Shown here piece after piece: positions 62,401-64,000 of a stretch of DNA of 64,000 bases; the first letter of the stretch is position 1; each line of letters begins with the position of its first letter. The translations under genes were made by a program, and so were the position numbers. The stretch lies in NCBI RefSeq assembly GCF_002571385.2, contig NW_019217952.1:29392-93391 (forward strand), in the 5' to 3' direction. The notes beneath the pieces were generated by a model. It did not search any database. It was not told the DNA's origin and saw only the letters and a list, made by a program, of their open reading frames with translations. This DNA is from Stylophora pistillata. Its lineage: Eukaryota.

Positions 62401-64000
62401 TCAACCTATCCCAATTAGGAAAAAATTGTTCGGTGTAAAGATATTACATTGTTCTCTGCTGTTGACCTCAGATGTTGTGCTCAAACAGTCGGTTTCATTG
62501 TCTTTCATCTCAACCGGAAACCATAAGGTGCTAGTGGGAATGAGAGAATTGCTGATGCCTTGGAGAATGTCACCTTTTAGGGGTGGGTAAAATAATCTCC
62601 AAGTTATATTTGATTAGCTGAAAGTGCCAGAATCTTCCTCCCTTAACAACAGATCTACCGTATGATGAGAATTGCCAAACTTCATGTTTTCGTTACTTTG
62701 TTCTTCCATATGTAGCTTCTCTTTGTTTGCAGTTTAAGTGTGTTCTTTTTTCTCACCCAAGAATATGTTCTGAGAATAAAGCACCAGTGGACTTGGTTGG
62801 TAGTCTGACATTGGGGCCATAATGTTTTTTTCACAAACTGAGAGTATGAGCTGGTGAACCTATGTGTTATGTGCACATACTGTTTACAAATTTTGGTCAA
62901 AGATCAAATTCTATTTTTGCTGCAATTTTTGGTGTTGATGTAAGATCCTGCTTGATTTAAAAGTATTAGTACAGGATTATTTTGTGTCTGAAATTGGTTG
63001 TTTGTTGTTAATGAGAAATTTCCGCTTGGGCGCCAGTTCAAAAGCTTAGTAATTAGCAACTGTGATTAATCGCATTGTATAGGAGTCTCCTGCTGTAAAG
63101 ATTGCTTATTATGTGCAATTAAGCATAAAGTCCAAGGATTCCACAGTAACAATATTTATTTTTTCTGTAACTGTTTTGTAACCATTCTCAAGAAATGGCA
63201 GAGAAGAAGAATGCTTCATACTGACATATTTAGCATGTCCTGGACTCAATTTACACAGTAGAAGGAAAATAGTTTCCATGTCTGAATGAATAATAACTCT
63301 ACACACTGAAATTTAGAGATTTAATTTTGTGAATTAGCAGGTGGAGAATTACTGGATCTCCACTGCCCATTAGGAACACCTTGCCTTACTGTCAAAATTA
63401 CAACTTGCATTATTAGCCTCGTCCCTCTATTAGTACAGGAGTTTCAATAAAAGCTGCATGTTTGCAGTCAACTTCCCTACAAGACCCACTTGAAAAATTT
63501 TTAATTTGGTACTTCCTAACTTCATAACTGACATAACTGGAATTTTTTCCCACGAAAATTTTGGAGGTGAAGGATTCATTCAAATAATAGTTTTAAGTGA
63601 CTGCCTGTCGCAACTTGCTTTTGATCATTACTGTCAGGTGTAAAAAGTTTTACCCTGAATGTCCCTAAAACAGTTTTCCTTTGTGAAAAAGGCTGAATCC
63701 CTTTACAGCATGTATTGTGCAACCCACCCCCCCCCTAGCATAATGGTCTACTTTATTTTCATCACATTTTGTTTGGGGGGGGCATGGTATCTGAACAATT
63801 ATTGGTGTGAACTCTGCTCTGAAGACAACATACGCCATAGATATAATAACAGGAAAGGTTACTTTATCCTTTGGGTAGATGGCACCATCTACTTGGAATG
63901 GAGTGGCTGTATGTTCTTGACAAAAGGCAGGGGATTGCTTACAAATTACAAGGGGTACATCCAGGGTATAAATGAGCCTTGTGAAGATATTTTTAGTCAC

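Overview
AT-rich, intron-rich animal genomic DNA. The gene set and repeat types suggest a scleractinian coral, but that is inference rather than a database match. Assembly gaps lie at 1762-1782, 2934-3123 and 32583-33299. Eight spliced protein-coding genes were rebuilt by hand with GT-AG junctions and consistent phases: an extracellular alpha-carbonic anhydrase (+), RNF25 (-), a K2P potassium channel (+), a PRRT3/4-like 7TM protein (+), a 21-exon RRM/F-box/LRR protein (-) head-to-head with UBE2G1 (+), and a RING-HC protein with APLF-like acidic motifs (-) head-to-head with an hnRNP L-like gene (+) that runs off the window. Mobile DNA includes a 5'-truncated RLE non-LTR retrotransposon abutting (TAA)n, an intron-containing Harbinger-type transposase relic with a nested MITE, an APE-LINE fragment, SINE relics and several MITEs. 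The most notable observations are: an RNA-binding F-box gene sharing a promoter with an E2 inside a ubiquitin/RNA gene cluster; a 60-bp minisatellite made of copies of a 5' splice site with a built-in stop codon; a perfect 113-bp-arm hairpin; PPPGF motifs on RNF25; histone-chaperone-like motifs on the RING protein; and a candidate poison exon in the hnRNP L-like gene.
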